Made by a program: the position numbers and the translations under genes | The notes under the pieces: generated by a model | What the model was told of the DNA's origin: nothing | The model's database searches: none | What the model saw: only the letters and a program-made list of their open reading frames with translations | In this document: positions 45,234 through 58,200 of the stretch, in pieces | How positions within the stretch are numbered: position 1 is the first letter of the stretch | How the letters are laid out: the number at the start of each line of letters is the position of its first letter | Source of the DNA: Prorocentrum cordatum | Taxonomy: Eukaryota | Assembly: GCA_963575745.1 (NCBI GenBank) | Contig: CAUYUJ010000002.1 | Coordinates: forward strand, 310,001 to 374,000 | Direction of reading: 5' to 3' | Length of the DNA: 64,000 nt

Positions 45234-48200
45234 TAGCCTGTCGCTCTACTCTGTCAATGCGAACACCGAGAAGGGCTATCGGGACTTCCTCGACTGGCTG
45301 GACGGCCTGCACAGTCTCGAAGTTGCAGGGCCGACGAGGCGGCCAGTAGCAGACATCACATTCGTGCAGGAGACGCGGGTGCGTGAATTCGGCAGAGAGA
45401 CAGTCCAGCGTTGGCATCGGAGGCGTGGTTTCGACTTCGGCCTTGCTGCGGGGCTCAGCACGGGTGACGCGCCTCAGTCCGTCTCAGGCGGGGTGGGCAT
45501 CGGTGTTCGGCAGCGGTTTGCGGTTGCCACGCTCGACGCCAAGTTCAAGCAGCCCCACCGCGTGCTCAGACGGGTGGTCAACGTAGGCGACGGGCTCGCC
45601 ATCGATCTCATGTCTGTCTACCTCCGCGACGGGGAGGGCATGAGTGAGGCCAACGCAGACATCCTATGGGACGCGGCGTCGCAGCTCAGGGTGGCGGCGC
45701 GGCCGTGGATTCTAGCTGGCGGCTTCAACATAGACCCCCTCCAGGTCGCGGCGCGGGCGGCGCCGGCTGGCGGACTCGCGCTACATACAGAAACAGCGAC
45801 CTGCAGGGCGGGGGCGCTCAACGAGGTCGGCTTCGCGATCATCTCCAACGAGCTCCAGCAGTTCGTGTTCAGCCACGGGCCCGTGGTCGAGGCCCCCATC
45901 GGGCCGCGCAGCCCCGTCCCGTTGGAAGTGCGAGGGCTGCATGCAGACGCCACGGTGCAGCAGCTACACCGCACGGCTCGGCTGCCGTTCGATCGGGCCA
46001 TCGGCTGCTTTCCATGGGCCCCGCTGCCTGCCTGGACCTGGGAGGAAGGCGCGGTCCCCCCTAGCCCGCGGGCGGCCATGCAGGAGTGGCTTCGGCACGC
46101 TGAGGGCCACCTTCTCCCGCTCTACGACCTGCGCGGCGACGAGGCTCAGAAGTTCGCTGGCAGGGCGGACGGAGTGCGCTTCGCCAACGTTTCGATTGCC
46201 GACGCCAGCCGCCGCCGTTGGGCCCAGCTCAGCTCGAATGAGACCCACGCCTGGGGTGGGCTGGTCAGCCTGTTGCAGCGCGCGGCCTTGCTGGTGGCGC
46301 GAGGGAAGGACCTACAGGGCTTGGCCAGCCTGCGCAGTCGTCTGGCTGCGACGCGCCTGGCCGACTACGACGGCAGCATGGCCCCTGTGCCCAGAGGTGG
46401 GCTGGGCGCTGCGGCTACCTCTAGCGACGCGGCCTTGAGGAGGAGGCCCATCGAGCACGCCAGGGTCCAGCGGCAGGCCAGCCAGCGCAGCGACGCCGCA
46501 GCCGCCAGGAAGCAGTGGCAGGCCTGGGCCAAAGGCGCGGCTACAGGCGGGGGGGGGGGGGGAGCTGGCCCATCGCTTCTCCAGGCCCGAGCCGCTGGCC
46601 AAGGCGACCCTCGTCACGGCGGACGAGGGCGAGGGCGACGTGCTGCCCGTCAACGGCGACGAGGCAGTGCAGCATTGCCTCAAGGAGTGGCTCCCGCTTT
46701 GGCTGGATCCTCGGCGCCGAGGAGGACTTGGGGAAGCGGCCAGCTGGGAGGTGACCGAGCCGCTGCCGAACCTCGAAGTGGGCAGCCTCAAGTACCTGCT
46801 CAAGCGGTACGGGAGGTGGGCTGGCCTGGGGTGGGACCAACTCCACCCGAGACAGCTGCTCCCTCCTGGACGAGTCCTTCCTGGCCAGGCTCCTCGAGGT
46901 GCTGGCCAGCTGGGAGGACTCGCCCGAGGCCTACTTGGACTGGCTCTCGGTCATCGTCTTCCGCGCCAAGGCTGACGGTGGCACGAGGCCTATTGCGCTC
47001 ACCTGCCTTCAGGTTCGTTTCTGGTCGGCCATGCGCGGGCCCATCGTCAGGCAATGGGAGGCGCAGCACCGCGAGGCCTGGTACATTGGCGGGGAGCTCA
47101 ACACGTGTGAGAGGGCTGGCTGGGTACACCAGACCCTCACGGCCCTGGACTATGAGACAGGCCTCAGCACGGGCGCGGCCCTGGGCGACCTGCGGAAGTT
47201 CTACGAGAACATCAGCCACCAGGAGCTCTTGGTGGAGGCGCAAGCCACGGGCTTCCCCATCAAGCTCCCCAGGGCTTGCTGCGTCACGCACTCAGGCTAC
47301 AGGGTCATCGCGGTTGACGGGGCCTGCAGCTCGCCCTTTCGAGCTACGGGCACGGTGCTTGCAGGCTGCTCCTGCGCGACGGGGATCGCCAAGCTTCTCC
47401 TTTTCAGATATTTAAAACAGGTTGCGGCCTTCTACCCCAGCGTGCGGCTGGGCAGCGTCGTCGACGACTTCGCGCTCCAGACCGTTGGCGCCACGGGCAT
47501 GGTGAAGGCAGTGCTAGGGCCCGCCACGCGCATGCTGTTGGGCTGCTTCGACGAGAAGCGGGTGCCCGTCTATTTCGGGAAGCTATGCTACCTCGCACCC
47601 GACGCGGAGGTTGCGAAGCAGCTGGAGTCGGAGTGGCCCGCCGAGGACGGCAGGGCGCAGCGTGGCAGGCTGCTAGGCAACGACGTGCACGACGGGCGCT
47701 GGAGGCGCACCGCCCTCGGGGCGCAGCGCGTCGAGGATGCGCTGGCAAGGTCTCGGCGGCTGCAGGTACTGAGGACGGCTGGCGCCAAGGTCGCCACGGT
47801 GCAGAGGGGCGGCCCCACGGCAGCCGCCACCTGGGGCTCGGCCACGACTGGCCTCGCCCCCTCGGTCCTACACGGGCTACGGGTTGCTGCAGCGCGTGGC
47901 GAGGGGCCATTTGCGCCGGGTGCATCCGTCGGCCTGCGGCTGAGGTGCTACCCTAAAGGCATCGAGAGGGACCCCGCGGTGGTGAACGCAGGCCAGGTCG
48001 TGCTGCAGTTCGGCATGGCGCCCTGGCTGGGCTACCCCACTCCGTTCGCCCTCAACGCGCTGCTGGAGATGGCCAAGCAGCGGTTCGCGACGGCGAAGCG
48101 GCCGCGGGCAACCTGCAGGGACCCCGTGGCAGCCTTTTTCCTCACCATCAGCAGGCTCGGCTGGTCCATCGAGGGCGGCAGGTACGTCACCACTGACCAG

Positions 48201-49975
48201 GGGTTGGAGGTCGACCTCTCCCCTTTGTCTCGCCGTCCTTCAGCATGGAGCTGGCAGAGGGAGCGGCCAAGAGGTGGTCCGACCGCGACGCCACCTTCAG
48301 GCTCTACTCCCATCAGAGCTCGGAGTTGTACTGGGGTTCGCTGCAGCGGCTGGGCAGGACCAAGGAGTCGCTCGGCTGGCAGCAACACCAGCGAGCGGCC
48401 CTCCACTCGGTCATCTCAGGCACGGTGCTCTCCCAGACGCGGCTCTACAAGAGAGGCATGGCCTCCGAGTGGGACTGCCTCATGTGCAGGGGCGCTCCTT
48501 GCACGCTCTGGCACAGGCTGTGCGGCTGCGACGGTCATGCGGCCTTTCGTAAGGACGAGGCCTCGCCCGAGCTCCTTCGGCACGCGGAGGTGGCACGGGC
48601 AGCAGGAGGCAACTGCGGCGAGATGTTTGGCAGGTGCCTCTTCCCGTCGCTCGACCATGTGATCCCGAGGCGCGACCCAGATGGGGATCCAGTTCGCTGG
48701 TATCGGCGCCCAGCCTCGGGGTACCTCACCGGCCTCATCTTCACCGACGGCAGCGCGGTCGGCACGCGGTGGCCAGAACTGCAGCGCGCGGGCTGGTCGC
48801 TCGTGCAGTGCGACAGACATGGGCGCCTGGTTGCTGCAGCATGGGGATGGGTGCCCCTCTCCATGGCGCCGCGGCAGGAAGCGCGGGACGGCGAGGACTA
48901 CGCATGCCACATGGCGGCCTTCCTCTGCGAGGGCCACGTCGACTTCCAGACGGACTGCACAGGGGCGGTGGACTGCGCCCTGAGGGGAGCAGCATGGGCA
49001 TGCCGCCCTGGGTCGCCGAGGGCCCACATGTGGAACGCGTTCTACGCCTCCTTCGACGGCTCACGCAGCTACACGGTCACCAAGGTACTGGCCCACGCTA
49101 CCGCTGCCGACGTTGAGGCAGACCGCACGACCTGGTGGCAGCGTGCAGGCAACAGGCTCGCTGACGAGGCTGCGAAGGAGGGTTCGAAGCTGGCGCTGAC
49201 AGACGACCAGCTGGACGTTGCCTACGGCCTCGACCTCATCGCAAGGCAGGCGATGATCTTCACGGGTAAGCTCCACGCGCGCATGGCGGATCGGAAGCAG
49301 ATCGATCACGCCAGCGACGTCATCCTGGAGTTCTCGGAGCCCGAGGCGGGCGACGAGGAGCCTGAGGCCAGCGGGGGCCACGCTGCCGAGCCCTCCTGGG
49401 TGGCGGCTGGCGCGGCGGTGGTGGCCCTAGCAGCTGCGCGGGCCTCGGCGGAGGGCGACGAGCCACCTGCAGCCCGACGACCTCGGCAGCCTTGGTCGAT
49501 CGGAGGCCACGCCATCGTCGAGCGGGCCGTCACGGGGCCTGGCACGGACGGCACCACCATGGTCCACTGCGTGAAGTGCTACGCCTATGCCCACCAGCGC
49601 ACGCAGGGCATCCTGAGGCCGCGCGGCACGGGGGCAGGACGTGAGCCACAGACTGATCGGATTCGCAGAGGGCTGTTCCCTAGCGCGAAGGGCGGCCGAG
49701 GAGCATGGCGCCTCGGGGAACAGCTTTTTCTCTCTGAGGCCTGGCAAAGGAAATTCAGCCAGAGGCTTTCGCCCCCCGCCGCCCCCGAGGCCAGCAGGGC
49801 CACGGGTAGCGGGCAGCAGGGCCCAGCTCAACGCTTGCCCCGCTCGCGAGCGCTGTTGCGTTTTGGGGTCGGGCCAGAGCAGGAGGCCGACTTCCTTTCC
49901 TGGTCGGCCAGGCAGCGTGCTGCCCGGAGGTGCGAGGGAGACCCCGACGAGCTCGAAGGGGATGCCTCCGACTAA
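45232..49975 (+). pseudogene. pol: Element C ORF2 (APE-RT-ZnF-RNase H), frameshifts near 46550, 46860 and 48235
   Basis: APE: YSVNAN, FVQETR, LAGGFN. RT: GGTRPIAL, GDLRKFYENI, VLAGCSCAT, VVDD. Zinc finger: CLMCRGAPCTLWHRLCGC. RNase H: FTDGSA, DGEDYA, TDC, KVLAH, GNRLADEAAK. C-terminus: CVKC. Confidence 0.93.
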
Positions 49976-50233
49976 GAGGGTTGGTTGGAGGCGCCCCTCT
50001 TCTTTTTCTTGCAGGTGCAGAGGCTCGTACTTTGTGTAGGCTTCTGCAGGCTTGGGGAGGCCCCAACTTAGTGGGTTGGGGCCCTTTGGCTTCTGCGGGG
50101 CTCCGACAAGGGTTCGGGGCCCGCGAGGCTCTGCTCTAGAGTGCCCCTGGCGCCCTGAGCTGGACTGGACTGTCCTTCAGGTAGGGGGTTGGGTCGGCTC
50201 GGCCAACCCCCCGCCTGCCGTGTAGCGAGGCGG

Positions 50234-51070
<837 letters not shown>

Positions 51071-51364
51071 TTTTGCTGGCCTCGCACTTTTAAACTTAAC
51101 TCCGCAAAGAGATGGTTCCCAGGACAAGCGAGGCTAGAGCGATGCGGAAGCCAATGAGCCGCCTTGATGGAAGCGCATTTCTGTTTGCGAAGCTGGAGGC
51201 CGGCAGCAGTCGGAGGATCTTTGATAGGCTCTCATCGGGGGAAGCAGCCTTTCGTTTATAATCTTCAGAACCCCACGCGGATCCAGAAGTCCTTCCGGAG
51301 AACCATCACTCTTCCTGGGAAGCCAACCCTTTTCGCGGAGAGCAAACCGTTCGCGGATGCGGAA

Positions 51365-52345
51365 TGCGAAGCTGTCGTTCCAGCATAGTGGTGGCCTGCG
51401 CAGGTTCATATTCGACCTCACCATCCCTCGGGAGGCTGCGATATGCGAAACCGTCGCCACTTTCGTGGGCCGCTTGGGGGTCTGGCGCAGTGACGGCCTA
51501 CGCAGATTCAGACTCGCCCTCACCATCCCGGGGGGGGGCTGCGATTTGGATGATTGTCGCCAGTTTTAAGGTCTGCTGGGGGGTCCAGCATAGTGACGAT
51601 CTATGCAGATTCACATTCGAGCTCACCATCTCTGGGGGCCCTGCGAACTGCAACACTTTTCGCCACTTTCGAGCGCTGCTGGGGGTTCAGCACAGTCCAG
51701 CAAAGTGACGGCCTATGCAGGTTCAGATTAGAACTCGTCATCCTTGGGGGGCGGCGATTTGCGAAATCGTCGCCACTTTCGAGGGCTGCTTGGGGGTCTG
51801 GCGTGGTGACGGCCTGCGCTGATTCAAGTTCGCCCTCACCCATCACTGGAGTTAGTACCTGTGAAGTTGAGGGTCCAGTGTAGCGACGTCTTGCGCAAGT
51901 TTAGACCTCACATCCGGGGGGATGCTGCGAACCGCGAAACGCTCCCTACCTTCGAAGGCTGCTGAGGGGCCCTGCATATATATATATATATACACACACA
52001 TATATATACATATATATATATATATATAGTCCAACATACTGACGTCCTACGCAAATTCAGTCTAGACCTCGCAATTCCTTGAGAGCTGCGATGTACGAAC
52101 CTGTCGCCACTTTCGATGGGGCGTGCGTGGGTTCATTGAAATGACGCCAGGGTCCAATGGAGCGACGGCCCGCGCGGACCGGACGTAAATTACACTTCGC
52201 CGTCCCTCCAGATTTGTTCTCCACTGGACTGTCGCCACTTTTCAGGGCTGGTGGGGAGTCCAGCGGATCGTTTTGCCGTTTGAACCTAGGTTCGACCTCG
52301 CCATTCCTGCAGGGTTGCTCTTTGCGAAGCTGTCGCCGCTTTCGA
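51365..52345. repeat. Degenerate ~100-bp tandem repeat (CGAAACTGTCGCCACTTTCGAGGG...); related units at 41730-41920; contains a (TA)n at 51976-52028
   Basis: The anchors TGTCGCCACTTT, AGTGACG and GACCTCACCATCC recur roughly every 100 bp. Confidence 0.75.
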
Positions 52346-54679
52346 GGCCGGCTGTGGGCTCCAGCGGAGCGGCGCGCGCCTGCGGAGCAGGCCCCGGAGA
52401 CCTGGCGGCGCGCCTGCGGCCATATAGATCCCGTTCTGCACGGTGCGGGAAGGAAACAGGGAACCTGGTGGGCGAGCTCGGCCTGGCTCGCCTTTTGCAT
52501 TACTTGTAGACAACTGATCGTTTGGATCGCCGGAGCGAACATGACGAGGGCCGCGCTGCTTGTCCAGCGCGCCCGTGGGTATTGATCGCCACCCTCTGTT
52601 TTATTCTTCCTCCTATATTGGAGAGGCCTGACGGCCGGTGCCGCCGACCCTGATCGAAAGGGCTAGGAGCGGGGGGAGGAAGCGGAGGATGAGGAGGAGG
52701 AGGAGGAGGAGGAGGAGGAGGAGGAGGAGAGGAAGGAGGAGGAGGAGGAGGAGGAGGAGAGAAGAGGAAGTGCATCCTTTGTGTGCCCGCTCGAAGAAAG
52801 TGCGCCCGGGATGTGATATTCTGACTTGGGACGTGCTCCCGGAAGAGGAAGAAGTGCATCTCGGGCGTGCCCGCTCGAGGAAAATGCGCCCCAGAGGGGG
52901 TGGTATTTTGACTCGGGGCCCGCTCCCCGGACGCCTCTGCGGGAGGAGGAGGAGGAGGAGGAGGAGGCGGAGGAGGAGGAGGAGAAGGAGGAGAGGAGCA
53001 GGAGGAGGAGGAGGAGGAGGAGGAGGAGGAGGAGGAGGAAAAGGAAAACGAGAAGGAGGAGGACCAGAAGGAGGAGGAGGAGGAGGAAGTGCATCCCGTG
53101 CGTGCCCGCTCGAAGAAAGTGCGCCCCGGCGGGCGTCGTATCTGCCCCGCCCCCCCCCCTTCCTTCCCCCCCCCTCCCCCCCCCCTCCCTGCGGGGAAGG
53201 GATCAAAGGGAAGGGGCTTCCCTTCGACTCCACTACGACGTTGTTTAATTTCGCTGTGGATAGCGCGCTTGGAGGAGAGCCCTGGAAGGGGGGAACAGAG
53301 ACGACGGAGACGACGACTCGAACGGAAAAGCCCCGCACACACGCCGACAGGGCCGGCGGATTTTTATAAGTCCGGGCGGGGGGACCCCCCCCAAACAAAA
53401 ACCGGACTCCTGGGATTTGGGGCTTTGGGGCCCTCCAGCCGGGCCTCGAATCGAAGCGGCCCCCCGGGCCTCGCAGGGTGTAGGGGGGTTCGTCGGAAAC
53501 GTCCCAGAGACCCCCACGACAGCACAAGAGCGCCCCAAGAGTGACGGACGTGACCTTAAGATGGCCTAACAGGCCTCCAGGACGGCCCCAAAGAGGCCTC
53601 CAAGAGTACTACCAAGAAGGCCCCAAGAAGCACAAATCATTGATTTTCTGTTGGTTTTTGGTGAATTTTGGGGTTCTCCTCTTTTCGGCTTCCCGACGCT
53701 CCAAGACGGCGGTCTTCTGGGCGTCCGAAGCCGCTTGGGAAGCTCCCAAATCGCCCCATAACCACCCGAAGGAGCTTCCAGGCAGCCCAAGAGAGCCCCA
53801 GAACGGGACAACATGGGTCCAAGATGGCCCTCAGAGAGCCCCATGGCGGCCCAAGATGGCCCCAAGACACCCTCCGAAGCATTCCAAATCGTGACCCGGT
53901 CGTTCAGGGAGACCGCGGTTGGAGGCAGGGTGGCCCGAGGAAGCCCCCACAGGTCCTCAGAATACGCCCAGGAGGCCTCCAGAAGGCCTAAGAAAGCCTG
54001 AAACAACTTTTGCGAGGCCCCCAGAGGCTCTCCAAGGAGGAGCCTCCGCAAAACAGAACTGAGGAGGATGGGGAGAATGCGCGGGGTATGGCGAAAATGG
54101 GGAAAAAGAAGCATGAAGGAAGGATGAATCATAGCATTATCATAGCGGCAATGCCGAAAAAGGCAACAAGGAGTTATCGCTAAATTGTCGGCTTGACCTT
54201 TCTGCTATTCCGCCTGCATACCAAACTTCAAGGACCAAGGTGCATGGCGCAAAGCGCCACTGTAGTCTTGTTATGTATATATATATATATATATACAATA
54301 ATAATGTATTTTTTTCATATTTCACCGTCTCACCGCTGCTGTCGCGTTGACGTTTCGGCCCCCCTTTTGTTTTTTGTTGCCCTTCGTCCCCCCACCCATT
54401 TCATCTCCGATTTTGGGGCCTCGCACCTGGTCCCTTCAGCTATGCGGTGAGTCGCGCAATGCGCGCGCTTCCCGTATAGCTTGCGCAACCGCCAGCAGAT
54501 CCTGTGTTGCCATCTGCCAAAGTGTTACGGGCCAATTCTTGGTCGTTTCGTGGGTATGAGCTGGGTACGTTGCAGGGCAATTTAATCTTCCTCGCCCCCC
54601 CTCCTTTCTTTCATCTTCCTCGTCCTCCTCCTCCTCCATCTTCCTTCATCCTCCTCATCCTCCCCGTGAGGAGGGCCGG

Positions 54680-54790
54680 GTGGACGTCTCTGCTGTCGTG
54701 GACTCCGTCCGGGAGCTGGTGCGGGAGATCGGCGCTGTGCGGCCCGCGTTGGAGAGCCTCCAACTGCCGCTGGAGAGCCTGCAAACACTC
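54680..54790 (+). other. Isolated coding-like unit of the same ~33-aa repeat protein
   Basis: VDVSAVVDSVRELVREIGAVRPALESLQLP aligns with VDLSPVLDSVQGVAREVSGVRPVLDRLQAL. Confidence 0.5.
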
Positions 54791-54944
54791 TGCCCCGTGT
54801 ACCATTTCCTGCAGGAGCGCGATCCTCTTACCACCTTTCCATGGGCCAAGGGACACATTCAGCAGGCCATGCCCAGACGCCCACGTAGTTCTCGCTCCCC
54901 TCCTGGATTTATGCATCCGCCTACTCCTCGTCTTCCTCCTCCTC

Positions 54945-55229
54945 TGTCGTAGAAATCGGATTCCCAAGGGAGAGTTTCATAAGATTTCGGGAGCCTCCGA
55001 TCCGGTACCGCTTCAACGTTTCAAGGGAACCTCCGATCCGATTCCGTAACTATATTCAGTGCTTGAGTTTTCTGTGCGCGTTTCATATCAGATTTTGATT
55101 TGGCTCGTGAGCGAACCCACCCTTGTCCTGAGGAAAAGAGTTGCCTGTCCTATTCCATTATGCAGTTCAGTTGATCTCGACATCGACTATATTTACGAAC
55201 TCTCGCGAGTTACCCCGATTAGATTGACA
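54945..55229 (+). repeat. 5' LTR
   Basis: TGTCGTAGAA...GATTGACA, colinear with 62826-63111. Confidence 0.9.
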
Positions 55230-55235
55230 AGATAC

Positions 55236-55255
55236 TGGTAGTGCGGAGCTTGGTT
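55236..55255 (+). promoter_or_regulatory. Primer-binding site, resembling the complement of the initiator tRNA-Met 3' end
   Basis: TGGTAGTGCGGAGCTTGGTT lies just after the LTR and resembles TGGTAGCAGAGC-type PBSs. Confidence 0.6.
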
Positions 55256-55275
55256 GAAGTGGATTATGACTATTC

Positions 55276-58200
55276 ATGGCGTCGTCGAGCACGGGCCAGC
55301 AAGCAGACATTCAGAGGATTCTGGTGTGGGACGGCCGCACGGGGACACTAGACGAGTATCAGGCCGAAGTGGAGCTGCTCACCTTGGCTACGAAGGAGGA
55401 TGACCGGAAGTTGCCTGGCCCACGTCTACTGCAAGCGCTGCCCAAAAACTCCCGCGCAGGAAGCTGGCCCTCCGATTTCCGCGAGTCGAAGGAGATTCCG
55501 ACACGATCGTTGGAGAAAAGAGCCTTGATAATCGGATCAGAGTGTTCCAGAATCTAGGCAAGCGGACCTCGATGATGTGGTATATAAGGCGTTCTCGTAC
55601 TATTCTGACCGGAGAACATCGGGACCGAGAGTGAGGAAGCTGGGACAGACGATCGGACTCCTATGCGGAACAGGAGGAGGACGCCGATCAGGGGATGGAA
55701 AAAAGTGTGCGGGCAATATGCCCGGACATGGGCGTGATGGACTTGTTTCCGGACGAAATGCGTGGAATCATATTTCTGGTGGGTGCGAACCTGGACCCGA
55801 GTGAGCGAGACACCGTGGTGGCAGGATTACACGAGTGGATGCTCGAGACGGTCATTGATAAGTCGAACTACGTGTGGTCCGACAAAAGATGTGACGGCCA
55901 GGGACAATATGAACTTCAGAAGGAAAGAGACGCGGTTCCAAAACAACCGGGACATCAGGTGGGCAAAGGTGATATACCAGGATGACGACGACGAGGATGA
56001 CCAAATGGTTTATTACGAAATGGATGAGTTTGAGCAGGCAAAGGAGGCCGAGGCTCACTATGAGGAAGAGACTGCGAACGAGGAGATCGAGACGCTCGAG
56101 GCATACACAGAGGACGCTGAGATCTACGCACTGGATGCCAACAGGGCGTTCGCAGAGGCGAAGAAGATTCTGGCCGAAGCGGCAAAGAACAGGAGCGGCT
56201 ACTTCTCAGTGGCGGGCATCGGTCAGATCCCGGAGAAGAGCAGCAATGATCAGAGGGCGACAGCAGTAGCGAAGTCGGCACTTCGCCCTCTCAGACCTCC
56301 TGGACCACAAAGTGGAGAACGCCCTCCAATGCAGCAGTCGACGGCGGGACGCCCGCAGAAGGGCAAGGGCAAGGACAAGTCGGTAGAGTGCCTGATCTGC
56401 CAAGGGCCCCACCGAGCTGTCGACTGTCCGATGCGCGGTGACACAGTACCGACGGTAACAATCTGCATATGGCCCCCAGTGTTGCGTGGACGCAGTCGAC
56501 GCTGAGGAGAATTACTATGTTAACGAAGAGGATATACCCCGGAAGCAGGGCAAGCAGGATGGGCACCTGAGGAGATGGTTGGATACGCTATCATCGACGC
56601 CGGGGCATCATAGAGCATGATCGGCATGCATCTGGCGCTAGCGATTCAGGAGACCATCATTGCAGAGACGGGCCTGGGCCCGGTCGAGATGGACGACGCC
56701 AAGGAGACCAACTTTACCTATGCCTGAGGCGAGAAGGGTCAGTCCATAGGGAGATTCGGCTTCGAGCATCCCATCGCGCTGGTCGAGGACAAGAGCAAGC
56801 TGTGTTTCGATCTGGTTGAGACGAAGTCGCCGATGCTGCTGTGTCTGGACTACCTGGAGAAGGCCGGAGCAGATCTCATCATGGAGAAGTCCGCGCTCGT
56901 CTTCCCGGACGGGCACGAGGGCCGGTGGCGCGCCTGTCCAGCTCCCATTGCGCCATCCCCGTATTGCGAGGGTGCCCAGCCGAAGGAGCAGACAGCGCCT
57001 TCGGAGTGGGAAGAGGAAGCAAGTTGCCATTGGGAACGTGGAAGGAGTCGCCCAGAGATCCTGGGAACAGCACCGAAACAAATAGAAGTCAGAAGAGCAC
57101 GGAGTTCAAGCGAGCTAATTCGAAACCCGCTGCAATTCCCCAAGAAACTTTAGGGGGACCAGGGCGGAACCACGCTCGAGCAAACATGGAAGCAATGCCA
57201 AACCCAAACACCCTCGTCTACCTGACCCTCATCGACTATCCGAACGAGATAGATCCTGTCGAGAACATCCACGACCCCCCGAACGAAAAAGACCACGTTG
57301 AGAGCATCGCCGACCCCCCCGAACAAGAAATATATTTACGAGAGAAGGTTCGGAAACGAGAACGAGGTATAGATTCGGAAACCTTGGGTGCGGACATGGA
57401 AGATGGCGGGGTGTTCGCATGCGCTCGATGTGACCTGTGAGATCACCGACGAGAATCCAACAACAACGCGCCGTCCGCCTTCAGAGCCATTTGCGTCAGG
57501 CAGTTGCTGCGGGGGGGGCTTTCATGATGAGCAGCCCCCTGGGGCCGGGGGATGCCACCGAGACAAGCGAGTCTCGGACGAGGAGGTTCAGCAATGGGAT
57601 CTGGTCCAGCCGTCCGCCGCGGTGGACTCTCGCTACGCAGCGCAGCAGTGGCAGGCTGCGCCTGCTGCAGCCAGTCAGGAGCCAGCGGACTACTGCGACG
57701 ACCTCAGGGCTCCGGCGACGGAGCTGCACGCAGCGACGGACCCGGACGCCATCGAGGAGCAAAGGGAGGCCGCGGCGCGGCAGGCGGCGCGAGGCGGTCT
57801 GCTGGCGGAGGCGGCGCGTCGAGCACTGGCAGGAACACTAGCCATGTCCAGGGACCACGGGAGGGGCCTCCAGTTGGGCGCGGAGACCAGGGAGATAGGT
57901 TACCGACAGTGGCGAGGACACGGATACGATCAACCAATCAATCAGGCACGAAGGAGAAGCTCGTGGACCCAACGGAACCACCAGCGGCCACAGGGCCAAG
58001 TTCAGCCTCCACCACGACACCGATGTCCATGAGCACAGCTGCCAACAAGAAGCTACCGACGCAGGAGACCATCCACGTGGAGGAGGAGACCATGATGACG
58101 ATGAAGATGTCGAAGACCACCTAGACGAAGAAACCCAAGAAGGATCCCAGGAAGGAGAAAAGGGACCACGGGGATGACCATATGGCAGCGGCTGGTACTT

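Larger units (their letters stand above)
44078..50233 (+). mobile_element. Non-LTR retrotransposon copy C, full-length (6156 bp), SL-capped, mildly degenerate
   Basis: Exact 16-bp TSD TACTACTACTGCTACC at 44062-44077 and 50234-50249. It carries ORF1, APE-RT-RNase H and 3' hairpins at 50184-50233. Confidence 0.96.
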
